From: Perkinsus chesapeaki ATCC PRA-425
Lineage: Eukaryota > Protista > Perkinsozoa
Direction of reading: 5' to 3'
DNA length: 64,000 nucleotides
NCBI GenBank assembly: GCA_013115145.1
Contig: JAAPAO010000048.1
Span: 1-64,000 of the forward strand
Shown one piece after another: positions 37,423-50,400 of this stretch. How positions within the stretch are numbered: the first letter of the stretch is position 1; each line of letters begins with the position of its first letter. The position numbers and the translations under genes are program-made. A model generated the notes under the pieces. It did not search any database, was not told the DNA's origin, and worked only from the letters and a program-made list of their open reading frames with translations.

Positions 37423-38519
37423 CGAATCAGTCTAGAAGGTAAGACCTGAAAGGTTCAGCTGTGTGAATAGCCGCGATGAGTGGCCGCAAGTACAAGGAAG
37501 AATTCAACTCAGTCAAAATTGTACATTCAGTGCACGCGTGCAGCTGGGTCACCATGTCACCAAGATTGGGGGGGACAGTCATCGTTCGTAGTTGTTGTGA
37601 AGTATCGGAGGTAGCCGTGAACGAATTGTTAAGGTCCAAGTCGACAGAGGAGGTGCTTCTCGATGCTCAGAGTCCTAGTCGGCGTTTATTCCCAATCCTC
37701 GGGGAACTCAAAGTCTGCTGGTGTAGAGAGGTAGATGGAACGGGTGAATAACCAAGGAAGGGATCCAGTGGATCAGTGGAATAAAGCCCTTTTGCCAACG
37801 GTTTCTTGACCCGTTGGCAGATACTGGTATCTGCCAACATAGTGGTAGGATTCTGAGCATCGAGAACCACCTCCTCTGCCGACTTGGACCTCAACAGTTC
37901 GTTTACGGCTACCTCCGATACTTCACAACAACTACGAACGATGACTGTCCCCCCCAATCTGGGAGACACTCTCCCCCACAATTTGGTGACCTGGTGACCC
38001 AGCTCCACGCGTGCACTGAATGTACAATTTTGACTGAGTTGAATTTTTCCTTGTACTTGCGGCCACTCATCGCCGCTCTTCACAAAGCTGAACCTTTCAG
38101 GTCTTACCTTCTAGACTGATTCGATGAAGTCATTTCTCTACATCCCTTTTTTGGTCCACTTAGCATGCCCTGCTTTTGGAAAGATCGTTTACCGTAACTA
38201 TGAGAAGGGTGACAATTATCCCGATAATCCAGCTGCACTCACGATTCAATGCCAAACTAGAAACGACCCCCTTGCTATGTGGCGGTTAACTCGGACAGTG
38301 GCCCTAATGTGTGACACAACGTATACGTTTCCTTTGTTCAGTGTGTCTCCGCTTCAGACCGTTATTGGCTTCGTCGTGGCGACTATAGGTCAGCCACTCT
38401 CGAAGGAAGTGGAGAATGCTGTTCGGAGAAAGATGTAAAAGATTCACGTATGTTACTATTAATATGGTATATCAGGAAGAAGCCCAAGACGAAAGGCATT
38501 TTCGGTTTCATACACAAGG
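37026..38519. repeat. Large inverted duplication; arms ~37026-37678 and ~37846-38519, spacer ~167 bp
   Basis: The arms are reverse complements, near-identical distally, with several mismatches next to the spacer. Confidence 0.93.
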
Positions 38520-38557
38520 CAATGAGAAATACATGGCCCTCTACAAGTGAAGTTAGG
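38124..38557 (+). pseudogene. GNAT-like copy 3: inverted, -1 frameshift and internal deletion
   Basis: A C5 run replaces C6 in the DPPCY codons. The 5' part is fused at CAC(A/C)AGG directly to sequence homologous to the 3' end of copy 1 (38516-38820 is the reverse complement homologue of ~34310-34615). Confidence 0.75.
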
Positions 38558-39147
38558 CGGTGTCTTATGGAAAGCTGCATAGTTTATTTGAATTTGTTAC
38601 GCAGCCCAGAAGAATAATCAGTTCTTTTCATCAAGCACTAGCTGATCGTTTTTAATGTTCAGCAGCTGCTTAGTTACCGATAGCTCGCCATCCTTTTGAA
38701 GCCGATCGCATCGTTTAGTTCACCTAACAGTCTAGACTTCGTTTCGTTGATAGTAAATCTATTAAATCTGGTACTAAAAGGAACTCAATAAGTCATTCAA
38801 TTTAGAGAGTGTCTGATGGAATTGAGCAGTGTAAATCGTGGTTAATAGTTGATAGTTTAATAGTTCAATCAGTCAATTCACGTACCGGACTATTCCCTAA
38901 CGTAATGTATTCACTCATAACGCAAAGAATGGTTAAATAACAAGAGATATGAAAAGACGATAAGTAGCGATGACCTTATGAAAGATAGTGACTGACAATT
39001 CGAAAGAAAGTCCATCGAACCATCAATTGGAATTTGATGGAACAGACGATTATTCTATGAGGCTTGGTTGCCGTTACAAACCGGCGTGCAGCTCCTCGTA
39101 AGGTGGTCAGGTAGTGTCGACTTCACTTATACAAGGCCATGTATATC

Positions 39148-39963
39148 TCACTGCCCTCTCCTGCAAAAACACCAAGTCAATCTACGAGTGTTACCCTCGA
39201 GAACATCCTTCTCTAGCTTACTGAGGACTTCAATGAAACCCAATCTCTTATATAGCTTGATGGCGCCCGTGTTAGTGTGTTCAACATGCAAGACCATAGC
39301 AAGGAAGTCGGGAGTTCTGTTGCCCTGAAGGATCGCCAGAAAAAAACAATCGCTCTTACTCACCCCACTGCCAAAAAGTTCTCGCAGAAAAGAACTCAGT
39401 GAAGGTTACTCCTTCACTATGAAACGCAGATGCCTGTTGTTCTTACCAAATCAATAATATATATTTCAGAAGATTGGTACCAATACCTTTACCTTGACTC
39501 TCGCTAGCAACGGCAACATAAATAGCAGCAGTCTCATGAACGGAAACCCACTCCGCCTCCACCTGGTGTATGAATCCGAAGATGCCTTTCGTCTTTGACT
39601 TCTTCCTGATATACCATATTAATATTAATCTATATTGTTAAATAAGCTAAGTGCATCTCGTACATCTTTGTCCGAACAGCTTTCTCCAGTTCCTTCAAAA
39701 GTGGCTGATCTATAGTCGCGGCAATGAAGCCAACAACGGTCTGAAGAAATGCCCGTTGTAGAGAAGGCTGGGCGTTAGCATACAGTCAGGCTGGTGGACG
39801 CCACGTAACAAGGGGGATCTCTCCTATTTTGACATAGAATTCTGAGCACAGATGGATTCTCGGCGAAGTTGTCACCCTTGTGATAGTCCCTGTAGACGAT
39901 TCCCTTCCCCAAGGAAAAGCATGTCAGATAGATTAATAGGGATGTATAGATTAACGATCTCAT
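39148..39963 (-). pseudogene. Signal-peptide GNAT-like acetyltransferase, copy 4 (apparent +2 frameshift in an AT run)
   Basis: MRSLIYTSLLIYLTCFSLG start; AIYVAVASESQGKGIGTNLL; LHVEHTNTGAIKLYKRLGF. The 3' region is a direct repeat of copy 2 (~36280-36780 versus ~38880-39390). Confidence 0.65.
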
Positions 39964-41047
39964 GGGTAAGTCCACAAAGCGTAAGGCTGCATGAGGTAGA
40001 AGTCCTCTGGTTTCCATGGCTCCTACTACGAGCCAGCGACTGATAGCTAAACTAAGCTGTAAGCTATCCAAAAGCTTTTCAGTAGACATAACATGAGCAT
40101 ACCAATCATGCTCCTTCTTAAATATTTCACACGTTGGAGCGATCATTCTCAAACGTCGTGAGGCTTCTTCACTCCGCCTTCCGGTATAGTGAAGCACGTT
40201 GATGATGATAATAATCCCACGTCGATCTGACCGGGAATACCAATTTTGACTTCATCGTGTGCTGCGCGCATTAGATTGCTGTTTGAAGCCTTCTAGTTGT
40301 AAATGTATCCTGGCGGAATTCCTAGCGGCTGTGGTGTAAGACAAGCGGTTAGTAATTGAACCTCGGCACGGTCACTGTATCAACAGGAAGGAGTAGTCCT
40401 TTCAACTACACGCACCGCAGTTCGGCGGCGCCGACACGTAAAGGGAGCTAAAAGAGAGGAGCCTCGCGAGGGTTTATGTGACTCATTATTCGGGGCAACT
40501 CGTCATGATACGGCGTTTCAGTAGTTTTCGTCTTGTTTATAGCAGATGGTCTGGAGTTCCGTCAGCTTTGTTGCAGTTATCCACATTCAAGTGGCAGGTG
40601 CTCAGTTGCTCAACAGTAGTGGGCGGCGGGACATTCTAGTAGGGGCAGAAGCATCCGTGCGATGGTGCTCCGTCCCTTCTCAGATGTCGCATTTCCAGAG
40701 AAATGCCTGAAGAGCAACTGGGCGGGATGGGTGGGCAAACGCTTTTCTGCCACTAGACCGGGGGTGTAGGTGATATACTGGCGCTGACGACGTCGTAGAC
40801 TGCGCGAGGAAAATTGCGCTGAGCTATGTTTTGGTTGCACGCATGCTCTGATCTTCCCTCCGCGCGCGACATTTGACATGATCCTTGTCTTGCAACTTTA
40901 GTATCTGCATGCGCGGCACGACGTTAACGATGACGACAATGAACATTATGTCCGTTAGACCAATAGATTGTATGATAAATTGACAGATTCCACTTGCTTC
41001 ACTCGACAACTTGGCTCAACAAAGAGAATGCATAATTAGTAATTAAG

Positions 41048-44000
41048 TTATTCATTCATATTTCCTCCTTTAGCGAACTGTTGTTCATACATTTGCAGTA
41101 GCTGAAGAAACAACGATTCCAACCCTAGTCGAGCACCACGTTGAGCAAACCTGTTCGCTCGAAGTAGCATCTTCTGGATTTTTGTCATCCCTTATTCTGA
41201 TGAAGCGTGGGAAGCGTAAGCCTATACCTTTACCACCAGCACTATCAATCAGATTGCACGCTGACAAAAGTTAACTAATCGCAGGTGAACAGTAAAGCTC
41301 ACCTCCAGTGTGAACCGGACTGATACTTAAATCAGCACATTGGATTTCCCAAACCTGATCGATACAAGTTATCCGCGAAAGATTCTCGAGAGGTTACTTG
41401 TGTGGCATCCAGCCAGACATCAGGTGTCATCTTATCGGCTACAACATAGTCAGCTCGTTTACGCGGGATCACCTAAAGCTGCAATAAAAGTCCAGAAACT
41501 CGAAAAATACTAAACCGGAATCGATTGACGGCAGAGGCTTACATTCTCCTTATGATGATCATAATGCTTATCGAGGAACTCGTCGGTGAACCCCGTGGCG
41601 ACTTTACAGCAACTTTGATATTCTCCCTCATTAGCATCGTATACGGCCAACAGATATGTACCATACACGCCGGTGCGCTGATGATGACATAAGACATTAT
41701 CTTCCGTCAGAGGTCGAGCAAGCTACCTTTCCTTTGCCATAAAATGCGCCAATCGGCACCAAGTCCAATGAGTCTGCCATACCAGTGAGATAATCCTTCT
41801 TTAACTTCAACCAGTTGAGAGATCTCTTCGACGGTTCATAAGTAGCGTGGTCGATTAACGTCTTCAACATGAGGCCTGTCCGAGTACGTGTGGCCCCATC
41901 CTCCCCGATCCCTCACCTTCACAGGATGCCTCAACACTCTCAGTGAAGAATAATTGTATCTCTTCTTCAGAATCCATATCACGAGCTGTGGCAAATTGGA
42001 TTCTGTCATCAACTTCCTTCAGTCGAGTTCTTAAAATCTAAAGGAGTAATATCATCAAAGATTGAATGGACAAAAAAGGTCCACAACTGATTTTGACTTG
42101 TATAGTCAAAGTTCTCCATTTCACACCGCGCTGATATATTTCGGGATATTCCACACTAAAAACCTTTGCAAACCATTTCCGGTGTAGTTAGGATTTATAA
42201 CGATGCATTACTTGCACCTACTGGACAGGACAAACACTAGTGGATACCCTCTTAGAGGCCCATGTCGACTTTAGAAGTGAAAAATATTTTTTCCACAGTA
42301 TCAAGCAACAAGCACCAATAATTTCCGATCAGATCTTTCTTCGTTTTTGAAACACAGCGATGGTCCCTAGTTGCCTCGGGTGGGCGTCTATTTCAATTCT
42401 CACGGATGCGCCACTCACAGTTCGTCGAGTATCCAGATTCTTCGTTATTAAAGATTCGTCATCCAAATAGATTAGATCAAACGGAAACAGACATACTTGC
42501 ACCTGACACTTCCAAATCTTGCTAATCTTGCATTTCCTCAACGCCTCACCTTAATATCAGATATATCAACATTTTTCCTGGGTCTTGATGACAGCATTTG
42601 GAATGGTAAAACTTTATGTTTTTCCCTATCAAATGCCACCGCCTCTGCATCAATAATCATATTATTGATCGGCTAACAATAACTTAACAACAGCTCATAG
42701 AGCTACTAGACAATCTCACCTTATCAACTGTTGACAACATAACTTCAATCGCATCGATTACATCTGGATACCTGCAAACTTAACAATGAATACAAATTAG
42801 ATTCCCCCCCGAGTTCTCTCCGAGCCGTACATCTTGGCTCTAGACGAGTATGGTGAGTTAAGGTGCACGAACTAATGGTTGGAGTTAATCGTTATGAGTT
42901 GTTACTTTTCTGTAAGATCTTCACTATTTCTGCTATACACTTTGATGACCCTTTTCCCTTTATCATTCATCCACATATGAACTTGAGCACGTTCACCATC
43001 GTACCTAATTCAGGCACGTCAAGCTCCGAATTATTTGCAGATGCTTCCAACAACCCCGAGTCAAACTCTGCCCATTTATGCCCCTCATTTGAAAATATAC
43101 ATTTTTGTATTCCCTAAATCTGAACTATACCATTTAAAAGCATGTTGAATTTTCATTCTCATTTTTTTATTAAAATGACTATGAGACTTCCATTTACTTG
43201 TATTCTGCAGTGAACTTGATATCCTTAAAGCGATCGAGGACCTGCTTAAGCCATAAAGATACCAAATAGGTTAACAAACACGCACCTCTGTGATGGATTT
43301 AGTTGGCTTAGCAAGCATTGGCTTTACTGGAATGCCTGGGGTTACAGTGCAAACCTAAAGACAATAAAAGTACCGCAATCTTCAGGCCAAAGTTCCGACT
43401 TGGAAAATAGAAGATGAATTTGATATAACCAATGCTAGAAAACAATGGCCAAATGATTCCCCTTCAATATGAAGGAAGATTCTTTCAAGAAGACCCTCTC
43501 ATCTCACTTGAGCAAGCTTCTCAGCATCAGCGCCCGATAAAAGGCATTCAACCAACTTGTCGTAACTTGGCACCTCACAAAACGCCTGAGAGAATATTTC
43601 TTGCATTTTTCCACCTTTACATTTCCTAACCTGTTTTGTAGCAGCTTCCAACTCCATCATCTGTAAAGCAATCTTCTCATTGCTCGGAGACGGTTTTTCT
43701 AAAATCGCAGAATTTTCCGACAACGAGGACCAAGACGCCCTGCCCCTGCAACCGTGTCGGGAATTGCCTTTCTCATTTGTACGGAATTACCCCACAATTC
43801 GCACCGGCTGCATAAATCAACCAAAATTTTATGTGAAACGCATCTAAGCGATAGTCGCATTTTTCACACTAGTAGTGTCGCATTACGATGAAATATTCCT
43901 CAGAAAGATGAAATTTTTTACCTTATTGCAGAAGATGCTACCTTTTCTAATATCAGGAATACATTCTTTATCCTTTCCTTCAGCTGGTTTTGTAAGAACA

Positions 44001-46346
44001 AATGCATAGGCTAAGGCTTGAAGTATAGTAGCTGACAGGATTCCCACTCGAAGACGCCCCTGAATTAACTGTTTATGTATCTTACCACCTTCAAGCTAAG
44101 ATACTCACCTGTAGAGTCCTAACAATATATTTAGCTTCCTCTCCTTTAGCAGCCACCAAGCATTTCGTGATGATATCTTTTCGAAGCTTCTGTGAATCCT
44201 GCAATAAATTGTATCTTAAGATTCTCCATAGTGCGCAAAGATACCTTTCCTTTAGCCTGACTCATCACAAGTAATTCCTTATATAATTTACTTATCGTCA
44301 AAGGCGGTGGAGCGAAGAGCATCGGTTGGTTCACACGAGACAACAAAGCGGCTTCACCAAGATCCTGAAAAAATAAAAAAATAAAAAAATGCGAACAAAA
44401 GTTTCCGGAAAAAATTTTCCTCTCAGTTTTCCTAAAGATTAAATCTCTACATCAAAATTAGTTCCTCCTTCTGATTTCCGCGAGAAAATATTTTCCCACT
44501 CGTTTGCGGTATTGGCCCTGCGGTTTAATTCGATAGCGTCGTATTTAGCGGATTACACCAATCTACTTATATCTCTTCGGTAACTTACCGCTGCATTGCC
44601 ATTGCTTATATCAGCTGTAATATGCTTCTCTGATCTACCATATACTTGAGCCATCGCTTTTAATATAACATGATCACCAACACCAACCTGATGAACAACA
44701 AATAAAAGGATATACAGTAACCTTATAAAATCGAAGCTTATTAAATTAATAAATATTTTCTGCTCTTTATTATTCTAAGTTTGAGGAGCAAGAATGAGTT
44801 CTCCACAATATAGCATTTACGTACTACAAGGAAGTCGTGCTTTTTTATGAAGCTATTTACGAAATAATGCGGTTCAAAGTGGTGAATGATGAATCTATAA
44901 AGTAGGCAAGAAGTGGGATACGAAAAATGTCAAAATATAACCAATACTAAAAACGTAACTAATTTTTTCACAGCGAAAAATTTCCTTCAGTATCTTCCCC
45001 TGTGACACTAATTCCTTTCTGACACCTCTAGCTGTCTTTACCTCAACATTCTCATAATCCGGCCGCAGTTTATTAATTAATAAATATACCGCATAAATAA
45101 GCTCGGATGGATTATAATAAATGATAACACGGAATAGGTTAGACAATATCACCTAGCACAAAAATCAAGAAATCAAACAATTTCGCGGCGCGCGGTCAAC
45201 CTTACTAGAACCTTTTTCTTCGACCCTTGTCCAGAGTTCTTCAAATCTTCTATCTTCTGCAATGCCAATGCGAGTAGCGAGTAGGGCAGGTTTTTGCCAG
45301 GTGTGAGCTGGAATGATAAAAAATACCTCCGCTGGGGTTCGAACCCGCGCGATCAAAGGCTTACTTTTATTTGACTGAACTTTGAAGGGTCAAAAGCAGG
45401 CGAAGTGATGTCGCTGATTGCCGTCGGATTCTTTGCTGAAAATTTTTGGGAAAAATCATTTTTTCCAATTTTCCTTCTTACCGGCCGACGCTGGAACTTT
45501 CCAGATAGACAGAGGACCTGTGAAAAATTTCCGAAAAATATTTTTTCCCCGAACTCACCAGTTCCCTTGGCGACCTGAGCGAGTTTTTCAGCGTCGGTTT
45601 TACCGGGCTGCTTCAAGGCTTCTGATAACGGCATGGCACTGAAAATCCAAAGATTGGAAAATTTATGCCGCTGCGCGGAAAAATAGACGATAATACTGCA
45701 CAAGACGAGAAAAGAAAAGTGACATATTTTTCTGGTAGAGAAAATGAACCTCCAACTTCCACGGAAAAGTATCTTCCCATCGCGAAAAGCTTCGTGTGAA
45801 TCGCAAGGCTCACTCAATGTCATCGTCATCTTCATAGTCATCCTCAACTTCTTCATCATCCGAATTTTTACCATCATCGACGACCGTCTGAGAAAATGCG
45901 ACAAATAAATTGATATTTAGTCGATACAAAAACGTATTGTTTTTCCCCTTCTTAGCGATTGAGAACTCAGTAAACGAATCTTCCTAATCAGCTTTCTCCG
46001 CGGAGAGAGATCTTGGACAATACGACACAGTAAATCGGTATTGTGCAGGACTTCCAAAGTTCAACACCAAGTCTATTGATGTTCGAAATTTCAACCATTC
46101 TCTCAAAAAAATGCACCAGCTCACATCAGCGGGCACATCCTTCACATCTTGCTCATCTTGCATTTCCTTAACGCCATTATCATCGTCGATCTTCCGTTTT
46201 TTCTCCACGGGCATATTATCCTCAGCAGTTTTATTTGGTGAGTGTGCAGCACTTCGTTTAGCTCCCCCCATCATCATAGCAAATGCATTAACAGCCGGTC
46301 CACATGACATATTTTCTTTCGATGACGAGGATGATGATGAAGACAT
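41048..46346 (-). CDS. LIG1: DNA ligase I (ATP-dependent), multi-exon
   Basis: [23 protein letters not shown]; [11 protein letters not shown]; motif I EYK|YDGERAQVH; VYSRNSED; [16 protein letters not shown]; stop after [10 protein letters not shown]. Confidence 0.95.
42824..42843 (+). other. Relict spliced-leader-like sequence in a ligase intron
   Basis: GCCGTA--CATCTTGGCTCTAG versus the Perkinsus SL ACCGTAGCCATCTTGGCTCAAG (recalled consensus): 11-nt exact core plus CCGTA and the terminal AG. Confidence 0.55.
45153..45364 (-). repeat. Two adjacent ligase introns with intron motifs
   Basis: Intron 45308-45364 has GCGGG TTCGAAC CCCAG CGGAGGT A TTTTTT. Intron 45153-45205 has AATTTCGCGGCGCGCGGT on the + strand. 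Confidence 0.85.
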
Positions 46347-47429
46347 GAAGGCAATCGAATGAACACTATGTCATCGATAAAGAAAAGAAATTCCAGAGAC
46401 ATTTCGCAGGAAAAAACGTTCATTTCATTTCCTACGCCACTAGCAAGTCTGACAGGCGAGAGAGAGAAGAAGATTTTTGAGCAGTTTTTGACGTCCGTGA
46501 AACCCGCTACTCCTGTTGAATTCGTTTGTACGTTAGTCAAAATGTCGACTGACACATTCGGGGGTTCGGTTGGAATTATCTGAACTGTGGGAAGTATTGA
46601 GATGATAGTAATAGTAATAACAGCTACTGGAGGTTAGCTCATCATCTGCTACATCAATGATAATAAAGTATTAAAAACATACGCAACAATAATCCATTCT
46701 ACCATCAATAATAAATTTCGAAATCGAATAGTAACGATTTTTCCCCCGAGTGTCTTGAAATTCCGAGACCACTAGGAATGCATTCCTCCCTTCCTTCCGA
46801 ACATATCTTTCGCACTAGGAAGGTTTCCGTCCCTATCCACACCCGATGTCTTCGCCTAATTACTTCACTAAATCAACACCGTTAAGTTAATAACAACAAC
46901 AAAAAGGATCATGAACGTGTTGACAAAAATGAGTAACTGAGCCTCAAGGCTATAATTTTGTGGCGCAGTGACAATAATATTATAAAATCAACATCATCAA
47001 GCCCGACCATTTACTGGCGGTAGGTTCTCCGGTCGGCAAATGAAGTCGTGCAATCGCAGGAGGCACTGAAAAAGAATAACACTCCAAATGGATGGAAATA
47101 AAAACGTCGCCGAGAATGGCAAAACATTACCAAAAGTTCGACTGTTTCAATACCAACTTTTACTCACAACCCGAGATTGCAATGCTTTCCTACTTAGGAG
47201 AAGAAATGAAGAATTTCTTCCAGAAGCCACTTAACAGTTTATTATTCGACCATCAGCAAACGTCTCTCATTTGTTGTTCCGTAAAATATCCTCATCCATA
47301 GGTATGTTATAATACTGTGATGCGATAAACTATCTAAATTCTCCTTCCCCCAAACTTTTGTCTCCTTGCCGATATATGCAGTCGCTCCAACACTGCAGGA
47401 ACTTCCGAGAGAATAGTCATCATTTCTCA

Positions 47430-50400
47430 CAAGCGAGCATCGACGCTCCGAAAATTTTCAACAAAAAATAAATTTTCCGGGAAAATCGAATCCTTTACCT
47501 CCTGGTTGTCTTCAATATCCAAATCAAAATCTCCATCATGAGCCAGCATATAGGGAATCCAGGCCGATAAAATTTCTAGCTGCGGAATCAACTGAGTGAT
47601 GCTGGGATCTGATGATACCAATAATCGATCAACTGGGCGAGCGCTAAATCCACGTACGACTTATCATCTTCATTGTTTTTTTCCGGCAAATTTTTGAAAA
47701 ATTCTGGTCGTAATTTCTGTCGGCGATAACTTCTTGAAGAGCTCGACGTTCAAAAACAGAATCACCGATTGACAACACGTTCTTCCAGCTTTGCATCTCG
47801 TATCTGAAAAGATATCTTTGAGGTTAAGATGCGAAAAGATATTCTTTACCGTGAGTAAAACAACTTCAGTTGCTTCTTCATGGCAACTTCTTTCATGTAC
47901 GCCGGAACACAAAGCTGAAAAAGTGGAAAAATAATTCAGCGGAAATTTCCAGGGGGAAATTTGAGGAAAATTTTTCAGTGATTGAATTTCCCATCTCAAA
48001 ATTTCAGAAATTTTGGGAGTGTTTTTAGCTCAGAACGCTTGGAAGAATCTCGGCTTGTAATGACTAATAAGAGGTTGATCAAGTCTACTTGGAACGACTC
48101 CCGGCGTTGTCAGATTCTTCAGAGTGCGATAAGATACTCGAGCAGGCTACCAGCCCGGCGCCAGTCCAAACCCCACCAGCCTAGCGCACTTTATAGGTTG
48201 TTCGATAAATCATAGTTAGATTCATCCGTAATGATTGAGAATGTTTTGCACTATACCGCCAACATATATTTCAACTTGTTCTCCACCTGCTTGCCCCCCC
48301 CCTCACCCCAGCCTTTCGAGCTCGTCTTTGCTCTTCAGGTGATACAGTCTCCTTGGCATAGATGACAGGAATCTTCAACCGCTCTATCACTGGACCAAGC
48401 TCAGGCATGAAATTTTCTGACAATTTTTTTGGGACAAACTGCACAATTTAGTCTTACGTATCGAGATGGTAACCCAGGGAGCCGTTGCTAATGTTACGAT
48501 GACCACATGACTGATTGCTGAGGCATTCTCCAGCAAACGTATCGCCATCTCACTGCACTTCGCCAGTGGCCTTCGGTACCTTAAATCCAAGGTGAGACTC
48601 ATTAAGGAGTGTGGTAATGTACTGCATGTGTCAAAATACATACTAAAGCCATGAAGTCATACGATACGTAATATGAGCAAAATGATACCGAATTGACCAC
48701 TACTAAGTAGGCACTATTTCCCTGTGGACTTACGAATAAGAAAATATGATACGAAAAGTCATTATTTATTTTAAACTAGTGCACATCAGAAAAGGTAGGA
48801 ATCGTCTAGTGCTTTGAGAATGCAGGAGGCAATGATACGAGGTTGATGAGAAAAAAGCATGGCGAAGGGGGAGGGGAACAGTCAACGATTAAAAATGTTC
48901 TCACTGTGGTGACCAGGGTATGCGCACTTTCTGTGAGTAAAAGCTATGCTCATTGAACATAACTTGTTTGTATATATTATTACTGGGCTTTATTCGGACA
49001 TCTTTCATTCCATTTCAAAGTTGGATATGAAAACTTAATCCATGCTGTTGGAAATAGAGTGTCATCCCAATCAAGAATAGTCACCGATTGACTTGGCAAA
49101 TGCCATTCTAGACCTGATTATGATCATGAGCGCAACAAACACCATTCGTCACTGCGCCACAAAATTGTCCCTTATTATTATTACAACTATTGAAGCTGAC
49201 GCCGCTACTGTGTGGCATGTCCATCGAGCTTCTTTTAGACTGAAAAAGTGGAAAGTTGCAAAGCAGGTGTAAAATCGACATCATCGTATACGTATCGAAC
49301 TATCATAAGGACAGACATGCTAGACCGTTAAACCGTGCTAGTATTCTCTACATAGTCGCAAGCAGCAGCAGCAGCCACGGTCAAGAAGAGGGATTCACTA
49401 AGCCTCCCCAACTAAGCAGTGGTGGCCTCCTTCGATTATTTTACTATTAATTTCCAGCCCAAATATTATTTCTTCCATCATCAATTTTTCTATCATCTAT
49501 CGCCTCACCTGCGAATTGGAACTTTCGCTTTCATCACTTCCATTTGGTTTCTGCCCCATCGGATTCAACACAATAATGTTCGCTAAAATAACCCCACTGC
49601 GGTTCGAACTCGCCTCCGTCGTCTCATTACAATTCGGCACTATGCCCTCCCCTACTCCGCCATTTTCACTCGATGAAGACGACGACGCTTCGCTTTTATT
49701 GCTGACACTCTTTTCTAAGGACACCCCAGGAGGAAGCAATTGTTGCCCGAAACTGGGGCGAGGTGACAGTATGACTTTCTGCATCATCGGTATCTAAATC
49801 GATCATCTGATCGATTTCAATCGACCAGCTAACTACCTCAGATAAAGACACATTAAACTGCTTTCCAAGATCAGAGCAACTGTTTGCCATACTTTCGAGT
49901 GCATCCCCTTCCCCTTTATTATTCTCTATACAGGATGCTCGCCTAGCCGAACCATCACTCATAACAGCCCATGGCTCCAAGTTGGCCGAGTTGCTCTTAT
50001 TCGACGAAGAATTCTTTAAAGCCTTCATTGCGTCGGCTCTGAAAATGAAAAGGGCATATATCGAAATCACCATCTACCATCGATCACCAATTTTCAACAA
50101 AGCGATGCCAAAGAAGTGAAGATATAGTAATATAAAATAATAATTAATAAATTTAATATAAAATCAATAACAGATATTTGATGATAACATATGAAATTCA
50201 TGTCACTAAAAACATAAAAACATGGGTAGAGAGGAATAGTATTTTTCCCTTCCTTTACCGAATATCTATCGAATTCAGCCCCCCTAAATTCCCCTGTTCC
50301 CGTCTATGTTAGGCAACCTCCTCATTTGGGAGCTGCTGCAGCGGCACACTCGGCATTCCAGAGTAGAGTAATCATGCCACTTTTCCATTGTATTACGCAG

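Noticed and set aside
41007-41020. CAACTTGGCTCAAC as a relict spliced leader
   Set aside because: Only 12/14 match, no terminal AG and no 5' SL match; compatible with chance.
44303-44317. GGCGGTGGAGCGAAG as a copy of the intron motif
   Set aside because: It is ligase coding sequence (MLFAPPPL on the - strand) and an imperfect match.
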